Source: a virus. From it: a stretch of DNA of 64,000 bases. The notes beneath the pieces were generated by a model that worked only from the letters and a program-made list of their open reading frames with translations, ran no database searches and was not told where the DNA came from. Both the position numbers and the translations under genes were made by a program. Below, piece after piece: positions 1 through 9,502 of the stretch. The stretch spans positions 1 to 64,000 of the IMG/VR virus record IMGVR_UViG_3300028844_001691. One strand, written 5' to 3'. The stretch's first letter is position 1. Each line of letters starts with the position of its first letter.

Positions 1-33
1 GAATTAGCAGAGAAGGAAGAAGTAAATGCTTAA
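1..33 (+). CDS. 3' end of an upstream gene (partial; ...ELAEKEEVNA*)
   Basis: Open frame from position 1 to TAA at 31-33. Confidence 0.4.
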   Translation, partial: ELAEKEEVNA

Positions 34-120
34 CCAAGTTGTTTCATTCTTTTGGAAGGTTGTGTTTACAACATTCATCGTTTGGTTTGTATTCTTTATG
101 ATTGGTTTAGGAGTAAGTTA

Positions 121-3100
121 ATGAATAAAAAGACAGCAGTTTTAGGAATGGTTAGTATGTTGGCTCTTACCGCTTGTGGCGGTGGAGGAGGTGGAGGTAG
201 TATTCCTATTTCTGCACCACAACCAATTAACTTGGGTACAGTTAGTTTCGATACACTTGCACAAGATAATTTTGCACAACTTTCAGTATTGAGAGATGTT
301 ACTGCTGACGGACATATGACTGCCACTGAAGCAGTAAAAGTTTTTAAATGGATGAATGATAATGCTAGTATGGACACTAGCGAGTTTTCAAATTATACAG
401 TTGTAGTAGACGGGCGACAAATGAACTTGCAGTCTGCTTGGAATAGATTAAAAGGTTATAAAAAAGTTTACTACGATGGTAAAGAAGATTTTTGGGAAAA
501 CATTGTCGTAAACAAACAGTTTGATGATGAACATACAGAATATTTAGATGTAAAAGCCTTTGCACAAAATGAAGAGAAGATTGATTTTGAAGCAGTAGGT
601 AAAGGTGAAAAATCTATAGATGATATTAAAAATGATATTACTCCAGTAGTTGAAGAACCTATTGTAGAAGAACCTATTGTAGAAGAACCAATTGTAGAGG
701 AACCTATTGTAGAAGAACCAATAGTTGAAGAACCAATTGTAGAAGAACCAATTGTAGAAGAACCTGTTGAGGAAGAACCTGTTGAGGAAGAAACTCCAGA
801 TCCTATTACAGTAGTTACTGAAGAAGAAATTGCTAAAGAAATGCAAAAGCAAGAAGTAACTGGTAAAGAAGCAGGCGACGTTAGTAAGTCATTTAGCGGT
901 ACTGTAGATTGTAGTAATCAAATACTTACAGATGGATCTACATACACAGGTACTTGTGACAAATATAGAGTTCAAACAAATTACAACGAAACACTTGTTA
1001 AGTATTGGAACGTAACATATAAAATTACTTACAGTGACGGTAGTGCAGAAACTAAGGTAGTTGAAGAAACTACTACACATACAGTACCAACAACTCCTGT
1101 TGTAACTTACGAATATATTAAAAATGGTACACCTATTGAAGAAGAGGATAACAACGAGGAAGAAGATAATAATGAAAATGGAGATGATAATGTTGATAGT
1201 GGTAATGACACTGTTAACTATGAAAGTGTCGAATATAATAATAGCGACTTAGGTACTGTAACAGAAGGCGCAATTAAAGATGCTAACCTTTACAGAACAG
1301 AAGAGTTTATGGCTCTTGCTAATCATGAAGCAGATAATTTACTGTCGGCTATTAAGGCAGATGCGGCATGGAGCAGAGGTTGGACTGGTAAAGGCAGTAT
1401 TGTAATTATTGCTGATAGTGGTACTAATGTAAATCATACAGACTTAGACAACCAAATTCACAGTACTAAAAACTTTATAGATGGTACATCAAATGTAAGT
1501 GACAGTAACGGACATGGTACACACGTTGCAGGTATTACTGGTGCAGAAATAAATGACACTGGTATGATTGGTGTTGCACCCGATGTTAAAATGATGATTG
1601 CTAAAGTAACTGATAGTACTTCATATAGTTTTAGCAGAGCAAGAAATGCCGCGGCTTGGGGTAGAGACCAAGGTGCTATTGCAATCAATGTTAGTGCTGA
1701 AGTAAGGTTAGACAACGGATTCAAAGCAAGTCTTACAAAAGGTGCTGATGGCAACTGGTATAGTACACATTGGTATTATGGTGTAAATGGTTATAATGGT
1801 GCTAAATCAGAAGCAGGTTATTGGAAGACTGCACTTGGTAATGAAATGGTTCTTGTTAAAGCCGCTGGTAACCAAGGGACAGATTATAGTGCTGGTATGA
1901 ATCAAATGGCAACTGCTACAGATAGTAATGGTAACTTGATACTAGATGGGCAAATGATTGTTGTTGGTAGTTGGGATATTGCTAACGAAAAGATTTCAGG
2001 CTTTAGTAATAAAGCAGGCACAGTATGTACAACTTATGTAAATGATACTTGTAAAGATTCAGCAGAGATTAAAGACTTTTATATTCTTGCACCAGGTACA
2101 GGTATTTACAGTACAGACAACAACGGTAATGGATATGTACATATGTCAGGTACTAGTATGGCGGCTCCTGCCGTAACAGGTGCATTGGCAGTGGTACATC
2201 AAATGTGGCCTCATATGAAAGGTAAGAACCTTGTAAAACTTCTTACACAAACTGCTGATAAAACTATTACAGGTTATGATGAGAACATACATGGTTCAGG
2301 ATTGATGGATATGGATAAGGCTACACAACCAGTAGGAGTAACAGGTATTCCTACTAGTGGTAGAACAAACGGTAACATTTCGACATTGTCTGGATATGTT
2401 TCAGGTAGCAGTGGTGCAATGGCAGAACTTTCTAGTATAATGGTACTTGATAGTTATGAGAGAGATTTTTATGTAGACGGTAGCACGACTTATAAAGTTG
2501 ATACAAGAGCAAACAAGTTTACAAATGAATTAGCGGCAACTAATATGTTTGCAGGTTATAGTAGTTATGACCAACACTTGCAGTTGCCACACTTTGCATT
2601 AAATGACAGTGCAGAACATCAGTGGACTATACAACCTGGTTTCTTTAACGAATCAAGTTCGTTCTTGGGTAACAGTCAAACAGGTATGTATGGTAACTTG
2701 GACAATGCTTATACAACTTATGCAAACTTGAACTATAGTGCATCATATGAAAATGTAAAAGTATTTGGACAATTTGGTTTTGGTTGGACTAAAAACTCTT
2801 ATGATAGCGATTGGAGTATGCTAGATAAAGCAGATGATATTTACAGTACAACATGGAGTGCTGGAGTTGAACAAAATGGTTTTGGTGCTAGTGTAAGTCA
2901 ACCAATTACTATTGAAAGTGCTAAAATGACGTATAACGTACCTACTAGTAGAACACTAGATGGTGCAGTTAATACAACACAAACTACAGTTAATATGAAA
3001 ACAGACAAAAGAAACCTTGACTTTACTGCATATTACAAGTATAATGTAAACAATGTAGACTTTAAGGCTTATGTAGAGCAACGAACAGGTGGCTTTACAG

Positions 3101-3138
3101 ATACAAACGCAGGAGTGCAAGTTGCCTGGAAATTCTAA
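121..3138 (+). CDS. Lipoprotein S8 subtilisin-like serine protease with Pro/Glu-rich linker and C-terminal beta-barrel-like region (autotransporter-like)
   Basis: AGGAG SD before ATG 121 (preferred to ORF-track start 52); lipobox LTAC followed by poly-Gly; catalytic motifs IADSG, HGTHVAG, AAGN, GTSMAAP; aromatic alternating C-terminus ending VQVAWKF. Confidence 0.9.
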   Translation: MNKKTAVLGMVSMLALTACGGGGGGGSIPISAPQPINLGTVSFDTLAQDNFAQLSVLRDVTADGHMTATEAVKVFKWMNDNASMDTSEFSNYTVVVDGRQMNLQSAWNRLKGYKKVYYDGKEDFWENIVVNKQFDDEHTEYLDVKAFAQNEEKIDFEAVGKGEKSIDDIKNDITPVVEEPIVEEPIVEEPIVEEPIVEEPIVEEPIVEEPIVEEPVEEEPVEEETPDPITVVTEEEIAKEMQKQEVTGKEAGDVSKSFSGTVDCSNQILTDGSTYTGTCDKYRVQTNYNETLVKYWNVTYKITYSDGSAETKVVEETTTHTVPTTPVVTYEYIKNGTPIEEEDNNEEEDNNENGDDNVDSGNDTVNYESVEYNNSDLGTVTEGAIKDANLYRTEEFMALANHEADNLLSAIKADAAWSRGWTGKGSIVIIADSGTNVNHTDLDNQIHSTKNFIDGTSNVSDSNGHGTHVAGITGAEINDTGMIGVAPDVKMMIAKVTDSTSYSFSRARNAAAWGRDQGAIAINVSAEVRLDNGFKASLTKGADGNWYSTHWYYGVNGYNGAKSEAGYWKTALGNEMVLVKAAGNQGTDYSAGMNQMATATDSNGNLILDGQMIVVGSWDIANEKISGFSNKAGTVCTTYVNDTCKDSAEIKDFYILAPGTGIYSTDNNGNGYVHMSGTSMAAPAVTGALAVVHQMWPHMKGKNLVKLLTQTADKTITGYDENIHGSGLMDMDKATQPVGVTGIPTSGRTNGNISTLSGYVSGSSGAMAELSSIMVLDSYERDFYVDGSTTYKVDTRANKFTNELAATNMFAGYSSYDQHLQLPHFALNDSAEHQWTIQPGFFNESSSFLGNSQTGMYGNLDNAYTTYANLNYSASYENVKVFGQFGFGWTKNSYDSDWSMLDKADDIYSTTWSAGVEQNGFGASVSQPITIESAKMTYNVPTSRTLDGAVNTTQTTVNMKTDKRNLDFTAYYKYNVNNVDFKAYVEQRTGGFTDTNAGVQVAWKF
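643..792 (+). repeat. Coding tandem repeat, 10 x 15 bp (PVVEE, PIVEE x7, PVEEE x2)
   Basis: Direct reading; unit cc(t/a)attgtagaagaa with synonymous variation. Confidence 0.95.
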
Positions 3139-3418
3139 AAGACAGTATACTGATACTGAAATTGAAAATATGAGAATAGGATTTAAAAACCATCTTCTAA
3201 ACACTAAACTAGATGAAGAGTTTGAAGTTTTTGATTCAGAATGGTGTGTATATAGTTGGGACAATGGTGATAAAATAGAACCAATGCACCCACATGATGC
3301 ACTTATTTTGGAACTTAAAGGTAAGACACTGGTAAACATGACAGAGAAACATGGCATGAGACCAGCACATTTAAAAATGTTAGAACGAAAAGAACAAATG
3401 GAAAGGTGGGAAAAATGA
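3089..3418 (+). CDS. Hypothetical protein (start uncertain, probably downstream of 3089)
   Basis: Fills the gap between neighbours; stop overlaps next ATG (ATGA). Confidence 0.6.
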   Translation: MALQIQTQECKLPGNSKRQYTDTEIENMRIGFKNHLLNTKLDEEFEVFDSEWCVYSWDNGDKIEPMHPHDALILELKGKTLVNMTEKHGMRPAHLKMLERKEQMERWEK

Positions 3419-3990
3419 TCAAAAGAATATTACTAGCGTCGATAATTATGCTATCTTCAACAATGACTATGGCATGGGGTTTCAATAAAGAATTTAATAA
3501 GCAAGAAGCAATTCAATCATTGCAAAATGGTGGAATGGTTGTGTTTGTAAGACACGCATATGCACCAGGAAGTGGTGACCCCGAAGGTGTTAAATGGGAA
3601 GATTGTTCTACACAAAGAAATATTAAGTCTGAAGGTATTAGACAATCGAAAGAAATGGGCAAGTTTTTGATAGCACATAATATTGTTGTTGAAAAAGCAA
3701 TGTCAAGTCCAATGTGCAGATGCTACCAAACAGGTGAGTTAATGGGATTGGATGTAGAAAAAAATAAATTGTTTGTTAACAAGAAAAACATTGATGGTAT
3801 GAAAGATGTAATTAAAAAATGGAATGGTAAAGGAAACTTGTTTGTCTTTACACATTACACAGTAATGAATAATCTTTTTCCAGGTTTCAAAGCAGATAGT
3901 GGAACAATGTTAGTTATAGACAATACAAATAAAGAAATAAAAAGAGTTGGAAGTATAGACTTCGAATACGATTTATTAAACAAGCAGTAG
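3415..3990 (+). CDS. Histidine phosphatase (phosphoglycerate mutase-like) family protein with signal peptide
   Basis: VRHA motif, SSPMCRCYQT, late TH; N-terminal hydrophobic signal. Confidence 0.8.
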   Translation: MIKRILLASIIMLSSTMTMAWGFNKEFNKQEAIQSLQNGGMVVFVRHAYAPGSGDPEGVKWEDCSTQRNIKSEGIRQSKEMGKFLIAHNIVVEKAMSSPMCRCYQTGELMGLDVEKNKLFVNKKNIDGMKDVIKKWNGKGNLFVFTHYTVMNNLFPGFKADSGTMLVIDNTNKEIKRVGSIDFEYDLLNKQ

Positions 3991-3999
3991 AGGATAATA

Positions 4000-4491
4000 A
4001 TGTTTAAGAAGTTAATGACATGGTTAGGAAGATATAGAATCATTAATGATAGGCAAACAGGTGAGCCATATTTAGAAAGATATTACTTGTTTCTTAAGGA
4101 CAGAGAGAACTTTCCTTTCAATATATTTCTACACAAATTTGTAAAAAGTGATCCGGATCAATTACACGACCACCCATGGAACTATTCTACTTTTATTATT
4201 AAAGGCGGTTATTGGGAATGGTATCCATTATTAAACGACAATGGTTCTGTTATAGGTTCTTCTAGAAAATGGAGAGGTCCTGGATCGTTTATTAAAGCGA
4301 CAGCAAATAGTATGCACAGAGTAGAACTAGAACCAGGTGTTACACCTTGGACTATTTTTATGCCTGGTAAGAAAGAAAAAGATTGGGGATTTATTGCACC
4401 AAAAAAAGTATTTAACGAACAGTTGAATATGGATACAATTGAGTATAGATGGACCGATCATAAAACGTATTTAGGTGAAGATAATATTTAA
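4000..4491 (+). CDS. Cupin-fold phage protein
   Basis: LHDHPW...GGYWE...HRVEL metal-binding cupin pattern. Confidence 0.7.
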   Translation: MFKKLMTWLGRYRIINDRQTGEPYLERYYLFLKDRENFPFNIFLHKFVKSDPDQLHDHPWNYSTFIIKGGYWEWYPLLNDNGSVIGSSRKWRGPGSFIKATANSMHRVELEPGVTPWTIFMPGKKEKDWGFIAPKKVFNEQLNMDTIEYRWTDHKTYLGEDNI

Positions 4492-4501
4492 GGAGCAATA
4501 G

Positions 4502-4990
4502 ATGGTAAAGAAACATATATATGATTGGAACGATGTAGAGAAGATGGTTACACATATCATTACAGAAATGTATAATGATAACTATCGTCCAGATTACATT
4601 GTAGGACTTACAAGGGGCGGACTTGTTCCTGCTATTATGATGAGTAATAGAACTGGTATTCCTATGTATACACTAGACGTAAGATTACGTGATAGAGATG
4701 GACTAAAAATTAAAACAGAGTCTAATGAATGGATGCCTAAAGATGCATTCAGCGGTAAAAATATTCTAATCATAGATGACATTAATGATAGTGGTGCAAC
4801 GTTTAATTGGATAACAAACGATTGGTCCAGCAAATATCCAGATGCTGGTGTACAAAAGGTTTGGGATAACAATGTTCGTTTTGCAGTATTAACTGAAAAT
4901 ATGTCTAGCGAATTTGGTAACGTAAGATACCAAGCACACGAAGTAAACAAAGCCGAGAAAGATGTTTGGCTTGTTTACCCATGGGAATAG
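4502..4990 (+). CDS. Type I purine phosphoribosyltransferase (Gpt-like)
   Basis: GLTRGG, PRPP loop ILIIDDINDSGAT, C-terminal WLVYPWE. Confidence 0.85.
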   Translation: MVKKHIYDWNDVEKMVTHIITEMYNDNYRPDYIVGLTRGGLVPAIMMSNRTGIPMYTLDVRLRDRDGLKIKTESNEWMPKDAFSGKNILIIDDINDSGATFNWITNDWSSKYPDAGVQKVWDNNVRFAVLTENMSSEFGNVRYQAHEVNKAEKDVWLVYPWE

Positions 4991-4999
4991 GAGGAACAA

Positions 5000-5269
5000 A
5001 TGGGATTCAATTGGGGTAGAGTACACAAACATGAAGAACAAATAGAAAATGATATCTTTGAAAGAGTTTCAGAACAAGTTTGTTCATATTATGAAGTGGA
5101 AAATATTGAAGACTTAACTGAAGAACAAATTAGTGAAGTTCAACAATGGGCTTTAGATGATTTAGGATCATCGTCCGTAATACAAATAGGAATTACAGAT
5201 TTAATTAATTATTGGGAAAACATTACACAAAACGACGCAGAGGCAGAAAATGACAACCACATACAATAG
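5000..5269 (+). CDS. Hypothetical acidic protein
   Basis: GGAGG SD, in operon. Confidence 0.7.
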   Translation: MGFNWGRVHKHEEQIENDIFERVSEQVCSYYEVENIEDLTEEQISEVQQWALDDLGSSSVIQIGITDLINYWENITQNDAEAENDNHIQ

Positions 5270-6242
5270 AGAAGAATTAACTGAACGTTTAAGGACAAAA
5301 GAAAGCATAGTAACCTTTACTAAACTAAATGGTGAACAACGTATTATGACTTGTACTTTAGATCCTGCACTTATTCCAGAAGAAGCAATGCCAAAAGGTA
5401 CTAAAGAAAAGAAAGAACCAAGTGCCAAACAATTAGAAAATATTGGTGTGTATGATTTAAATGCAAAAGGCTGGCGTAGTTTTAAAGTTGCGAATGTCAC
5501 AGATGTACAATCAACATCTGAAGCACATGAAGAACTTATTGAAGTTATTAAACGTCCTGTTAGACATTATCGTATTAGGCTATGGGGTTATGGCGGCGAA
5601 CAAGTATATGGTAAACTTCCTAAAGAAGCATTTGAATTTTGGGACAAAGTTGAAAACGGTAAAATCGAATTAAAAGACAAAGAAGGATACGATGCAACTG
5701 TAGAACATTATGCAATAGATCCAGAAGAGTTTAGAAAAGAACATGACATACCACAAGAAGCAGATTTTCTTTTTGACCTTGATATTGAAGGACATCGTCA
5801 ATGGTATGAAATGGATGACATTGAACATTTAAATGGTGTTGGTGTTAGTGGTTGTCATATTGAAATTGATGAAGTAGATAACGACCAGTCATGGGGTTCT
5901 AAATGGTTAGATACTATTGTTGAAAATAAATCACTAGAAACACTAGTAGAATCTACTAATAAAGAAATTGATACAAGTCATTTTGATTTAGATGAATATG
6001 CTGATGAAGATGGAAACAATTATGTATTCTTTGGTATGAGTATTGAAAAAGGAACCTTTAATGATGTGTATCTTAAAACTGAAGGTAAGCCTATAGACAT
6101 TAATAAATTGTCTTTCAAATCAATGGAAATGCCAAATGGAGATAATATTGTTACTGAAATACAGTATAATGGTGAAACTTTAGATGGTGACTTTGGTGAT
6201 ACTAACGGAAAAGGCTATATTGCTAAGGTTTGGAATTATTAA
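5250..6242 (+). CDS. N-terminal SH3/Sm-like (WYL_2-type) domain fused to an acidic domain of unknown function
   Basis: VTFTKLNGEQRIMTCTL...VYDLNAKGWRSF pattern typical of small T4-like phage WYL_2 proteins. Confidence 0.65.
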   Translation: MTTTYNREELTERLRTKESIVTFTKLNGEQRIMTCTLDPALIPEEAMPKGTKEKKEPSAKQLENIGVYDLNAKGWRSFKVANVTDVQSTSEAHEELIEVIKRPVRHYRIRLWGYGGEQVYGKLPKEAFEFWDKVENGKIELKDKEGYDATVEHYAIDPEEFRKEHDIPQEADFLFDLDIEGHRQWYEMDDIEHLNGVGVSGCHIEIDEVDNDQSWGSKWLDTIVENKSLETLVESTNKEIDTSHFDLDEYADEDGNNYVFFGMSIEKGTFNDVYLKTEGKPIDINKLSFKSMEMPNGDNIVTEIQYNGETLDGDFGDTNGKGYIAKVWNY

Positions 6243-6246
6243 AACA

Positions 6247-6276
6247 TTGACAACGGACCTAAATATAGTGTATAAT
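6247..6276 (+). promoter_or_regulatory. Sigma70-like promoter upstream of queD
   Basis: TTGACA-N18-TATAAT in intergenic gap. Confidence 0.65.
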
Positions 6277-6300
6277 AGTATTAATTATTTGGAGTAAAAC

Positions 6301-6750
6301 ATGGGAAAACATTATAGTACAAAACATTACGGACACAACATTGGATTGAGTGCCGTATTTAGACAGCCTAATGCAGATCATTCGCATTGTCATTTGCTAC
6401 ACGGATATAGTTTAGCATTTACATTCACATTTGGTTGTAATGAATTAGATAATAAAAACTGGGCAGTCGACTTTGGTGGACTGAAGCCATTGAAAGCATG
6501 GCTTGAAGATAGTTTTGATCATAAGACTTGTGTTGATATTAACGATCCGCACAAACAAGATTTTTATGATTTACAAGATAAAGACTTGTGTGAAGTAAGA
6601 GAGTTTAATGGTGTAGGTGCAGAGAAGTTTGCCGAACACGCCTTTAACTTTGCAGACAAACTTATAAGAGAAAAAACAGATAACAGATGTTATGTTATAA
6701 AAGTTGAGTGTGCAGAACACGGTGCCAATAGTGCAATTTTTGAAGGGTAA
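6301..6750 (+). CDS. queD: 6-carboxy-5,6,7,8-tetrahydropterin synthase
   Basis: HCHLLHGY, VDFGGLK, FDH, AEKFA, C-terminal EHGANSA. Confidence 0.9.
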   Translation: MGKHYSTKHYGHNIGLSAVFRQPNADHSHCHLLHGYSLAFTFTFGCNELDNKNWAVDFGGLKPLKAWLEDSFDHKTCVDINDPHKQDFYDLQDKDLCEVREFNGVGAEKFAEHAFNFADKLIREKTDNRCYVIKVECAEHGANSAIFEG

Positions 6751-6758
6751 ATAGAATA

Positions 6759-6872
6759 ATGAAGTTAAGTGAATTTAGAAAGAAGTTTGGTGAAGGCACA
6801 GACTTTGATTTAGACTGGGGTAAATTAATTATCTTAGGATTATGCATTTATATTGCAGTACAGGTGAGTTAA
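6759..6872 (+). CDS. 37-aa membrane peptide MKLSEFRKKFGEGTDFDLDWGKLIILGLCIYIAVQVS (not in ORF track)
   Basis: Fills queD-queE gap; TAATG overlap with queE start. Confidence 0.65.
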   Translation: MKLSEFRKKFGEGTDFDLDWGKLIILGLCIYIAVQVS

Positions 6873-7759
6873 TGAAATTAAGATATTCAGAAGCATTTTA
6901 TAGTGTACAGGGTGAAGGTAAATTTGTAGGAGTACCTAGTGTGTTCCTGCGTACTTTTGGTTGTAACTTTAGATGTATGAACTTTGGTTTGGATCGCAGT
7001 GAACCTAGTAGAGCAGAACGTGAATCTAAATATACACCTGAGGTAGAGAACTTACTAAATGATGGTATCTTAGATAAGGTAAATAAATTTGAAGAACTTC
7101 CAATTATTCACACTGGTTGTGATACATATGCAAGTATCTATCCTGAATTTAAAAAGTTTATGATGGATAAAACTGTAGATGAAGTTGTAGAACATTTATT
7201 AAGTTTAACACCAAATGGTAAATGGGTACAAGATAATGGACAAGATGTTCATCTTATCTTTACTGGTGGTGAACCTTTGTTAGGATGGCAAAAGTTTTAT
7301 ATTGAATTATTAAAACATCCACGTATGCAGGACTTAAAAAATGTTACATTTGAAACAAATACAACACAAAAGTTACAACCTGCTTTTGCAGAGTATCTCA
7401 ACAATCAAACGCAATTTGAAATTACTTGGAGTTGCAGTCCTAAACTTTCCGTTTCTGGAGAGTCTTGGAGTACTGCTATTCAGCCTGCTATTGCTAATAG
7501 TTATGCTAGTATATCTAACAGTAACCTTTACTTTAAATTTGTTGTTGCTGATAGACAAGATATCGAAGAGGCTGGCAAGGCTAATGAAGAATACCGAAAT
7601 GCCGGATTGGATGCACCGGTATATCTTATGCCGTTGGGAGGACGTAGCGAAGAATACAACCTCAACGTCAAAGACGTCGCAGACATCTGTATGGAAAGAG
7701 GCTGGAGATTTACCCCACGATTACATATCTCCCTCTTCGGAAACGCATGGGGAACATAA
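6872..7759 (+). CDS. queE: 7-carboxy-7-deazaguanine synthase (radical SAM)
   Basis: SEAFYSVQGEG, FLRTFGCNFRC...GCDT, TGGEP, ETN, SPKL, RLH; next to queD. Confidence 0.9.
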   Translation: MKLRYSEAFYSVQGEGKFVGVPSVFLRTFGCNFRCMNFGLDRSEPSRAERESKYTPEVENLLNDGILDKVNKFEELPIIHTGCDTYASIYPEFKKFMMDKTVDEVVEHLLSLTPNGKWVQDNGQDVHLIFTGGEPLLGWQKFYIELLKHPRMQDLKNVTFETNTTQKLQPAFAEYLNNQTQFEITWSCSPKLSVSGESWSTAIQPAIANSYASISNSNLYFKFVVADRQDIEEAGKANEEYRNAGLDAPVYLMPLGGRSEEYNLNVKDVADICMERGWRFTPRLHISLFGNAWGT

Positions 7760-7807
7760 ACCAAATGCACCTATTGATATAGATGCAATTAGAAAGCGAG
7801 GATACTA

Positions 7808-8026
7808 ATGATAAAATATTTACTAATATCAGGTGTGTTGAGTTTAAATGTTACATACCCTAATGTAGATGTATGCCAAGAAGCATTGACTCAAGTTATT
7901 AAACATGATGTGAAAGCAATTTGTATACCTGCTGGAGAAGATCAATCATCAGTTAAAATGGAAAGCATGATGGCAAGTTTCATAGACATGGTACACAGTT
8001 TACAGGCTATGGAAGGAAAGGAGTAA
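7808..8026 (+). CDS. Hypothetical protein
   Basis: Operonic ORF with C...CIP pattern. Confidence 0.65.
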   Translation: MIKYLLISGVLSLNVTYPNVDVCQEALTQVIKHDVKAICIPAGEDQSSVKMESMMASFIDMVHSLQAMEGKE

Positions 8027-8027
8027 T

Positions 8028-8414
8028 ATGGATATAAAAGATACAATTAAAAAGATGTTTGGTACAAAAGAAAACTTGGACAAAACAATTAAAGCACAAG
8101 GACCCAAAGATTCTGCTGAAGCAAAAGCATTAGCAACTAAAAATAAACAACCTTACATCGAAGTTATAGGTTTAGATATTGATGCAGATAATCCTGTACA
8201 AGGTGCATTTGAATTAGATTGGAACCAATACTTTGTAGAAGAATTAAGAGGTAAAGGCTTCCAAGGAGTTGACGATAATGCAGTTATTGATCAATGGTTC
8301 AATGCAGTATGTAAGAATGTTGCATTAAGCGAGTACGAAGCAATGGACGAAAGTACTAGAAATAGTTTCATTGAAACTACAGACTTAGGAGATGGTCGTA
8401 AGGAGGTCAAGTAA
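8028..8414 (+). CDS. Hypothetical phage protein
   Basis: AGGAG SD; FELDWN motif. Confidence 0.75.
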   Translation: MDIKDTIKKMFGTKENLDKTIKAQGPKDSAEAKALATKNKQPYIEVIGLDIDADNPVQGAFELDWNQYFVEELRGKGFQGVDDNAVIDQWFNAVCKNVALSEYEAMDESTRNSFIETTDLGDGRKEVK

Positions 8415-8620
8415 TGACCAACTATAGCTCACATGATTGGAGAAAGAACACAGACGACGCTGTCGTAATGGATGAACACGGAACTATCATTAGACCGGTA
8501 AACGAACTAAAAGTTAAGTTCACTGATCCAAAAAGTTTAAGAGTACAAGAAGTCGATGTATCTAGACTTATTAGAGTATTCTGTAATAATCGAGAGTCCC
8601 ACAGAAGAAGTGTTAAGTGA
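8414..8620 (+). CDS. Hypothetical protein
   Basis: AGGAGG SD; TAATG coupling. Confidence 0.7.
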   Translation: MTNYSSHDWRKNTDDAVVMDEHGTIIRPVNELKVKFTDPKSLRVQEVDVSRLIRVFCNNRESHRRSVK

Positions 8621-8964
8621 ATACTTGCATATCTTTGTTTATGGCATTATCAATGCACATAGGCTTAAATGGAGACTATAATTCAGTTCACCCCCATGCA
8701 AGATGTACTGTAGATAATAATATCACAGGCATCTTTTATAACTCAGAAGATAGCATTAGTGCTTATGTAGGCAGAGAAATACGTTTCGATGAATACAGTA
8801 GTTTAGAAATAGGATTAGTTTCAGGCTACGAGTATGCAGATATTGTTCCTATGGTAAGATATAAAGTAGGCACATGGTTTATTTCTCCTGCATATGAAAA
8901 GATTAGATCCACAGGCGAAGAAAATATTGGAATAGTATTAGGTTGGGAAATAGGCGGAAAGTAA
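8617..8964 (+). CDS. Small beta-strand-rich protein, possibly a PagP-like outer-membrane barrel
   Basis: GTG start; SMH...YN...GIFYNS...SAYVG...GLVSGY...P pattern of alternating strands. Confidence 0.5.
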   Translation: MNTCISLFMALSMHIGLNGDYNSVHPHARCTVDNNITGIFYNSEDSISAYVGREIRFDEYSSLEIGLVSGYEYADIVPMVRYKVGTWFISPAYEKIRSTGEENIGIVLGWEIGGK

Positions 8965-8965
8965 T

Positions 8966-9502
8966 ATGATATTTTACAATATAGGTGACGGCTACTCAAG
9001 TGGTTGTTGCACAGGTAATTTATACAAAGTCTCACAAGACGATCCAAAATACTTTGGTGCAAGAGATGTTGAACATCCAGATAATAAACCTGGAAGTTTT
9101 GTAAATCATTTAGCAGAATTATATAAAGCAAGAACAATTACTGTTGGTAGACATAACTTAACAATGAAAGATATGTTAGATAATTTAGAAAGATATGAAA
9201 GTGAAATACAAGGTCACAACGACCAAGTAATAGCATGGATTGGTATTCCTAATTTAACAGAAGATACAGATAAACAGTACTTGGAAATGTTTATTCAGAG
9301 GATAAGTAATATAGTACACAAAGTGATAGTTTACAGAACTACACACATGGAAAGTTTAGATTTAAACTTACCTAACAATGTAACCTTCCTTAATGAAAGT
9401 ATTGTAGAAACACTTTCCCAAGAGCACAAACCTTATAGAAGAGGTTACTTTGATAAAGAGGCTAACAAATCGTTAAAAGGGAGTTTTTTAAAATTACTAT
9501 GA
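8966..9502 (+). CDS. Degenerate SGNH/GDSL-like protein
   Basis: N-terminal IGDGYSSG resembles block I GDS. Confidence 0.45.
   Translation: MIFYNIGDGYSSGCCTGNLYKVSQDDPKYFGARDVEHPDNKPGSFVNHLAELYKARTITVGRHNLTMKDMLDNLERYESEIQGHNDQVIAWIGIPNLTEDTDKQYLEMFIQRISNIVHKVIVYRTTHMESLDLNLPNNVTFLNESIVETLSQEHKPYRRGYFDKEANKSLKGSFLKLL

Noticed and set aside
643-792. Tandem repeat as a CRISPR array
   Set aside because: 15-bp in-frame units with no spacers; it encodes a PIVEE linker
96-1754. Minus-strand ORFs opposite the protease, and similar antisense ORFs elsewhere in the track
   Set aside because: Antisense shadows of well-supported genes; low-complexity translations
7341-7808. 155-aa ORF overlapping queE
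   Set aside because: Alternate-frame shadow of queE with no plausible start signal
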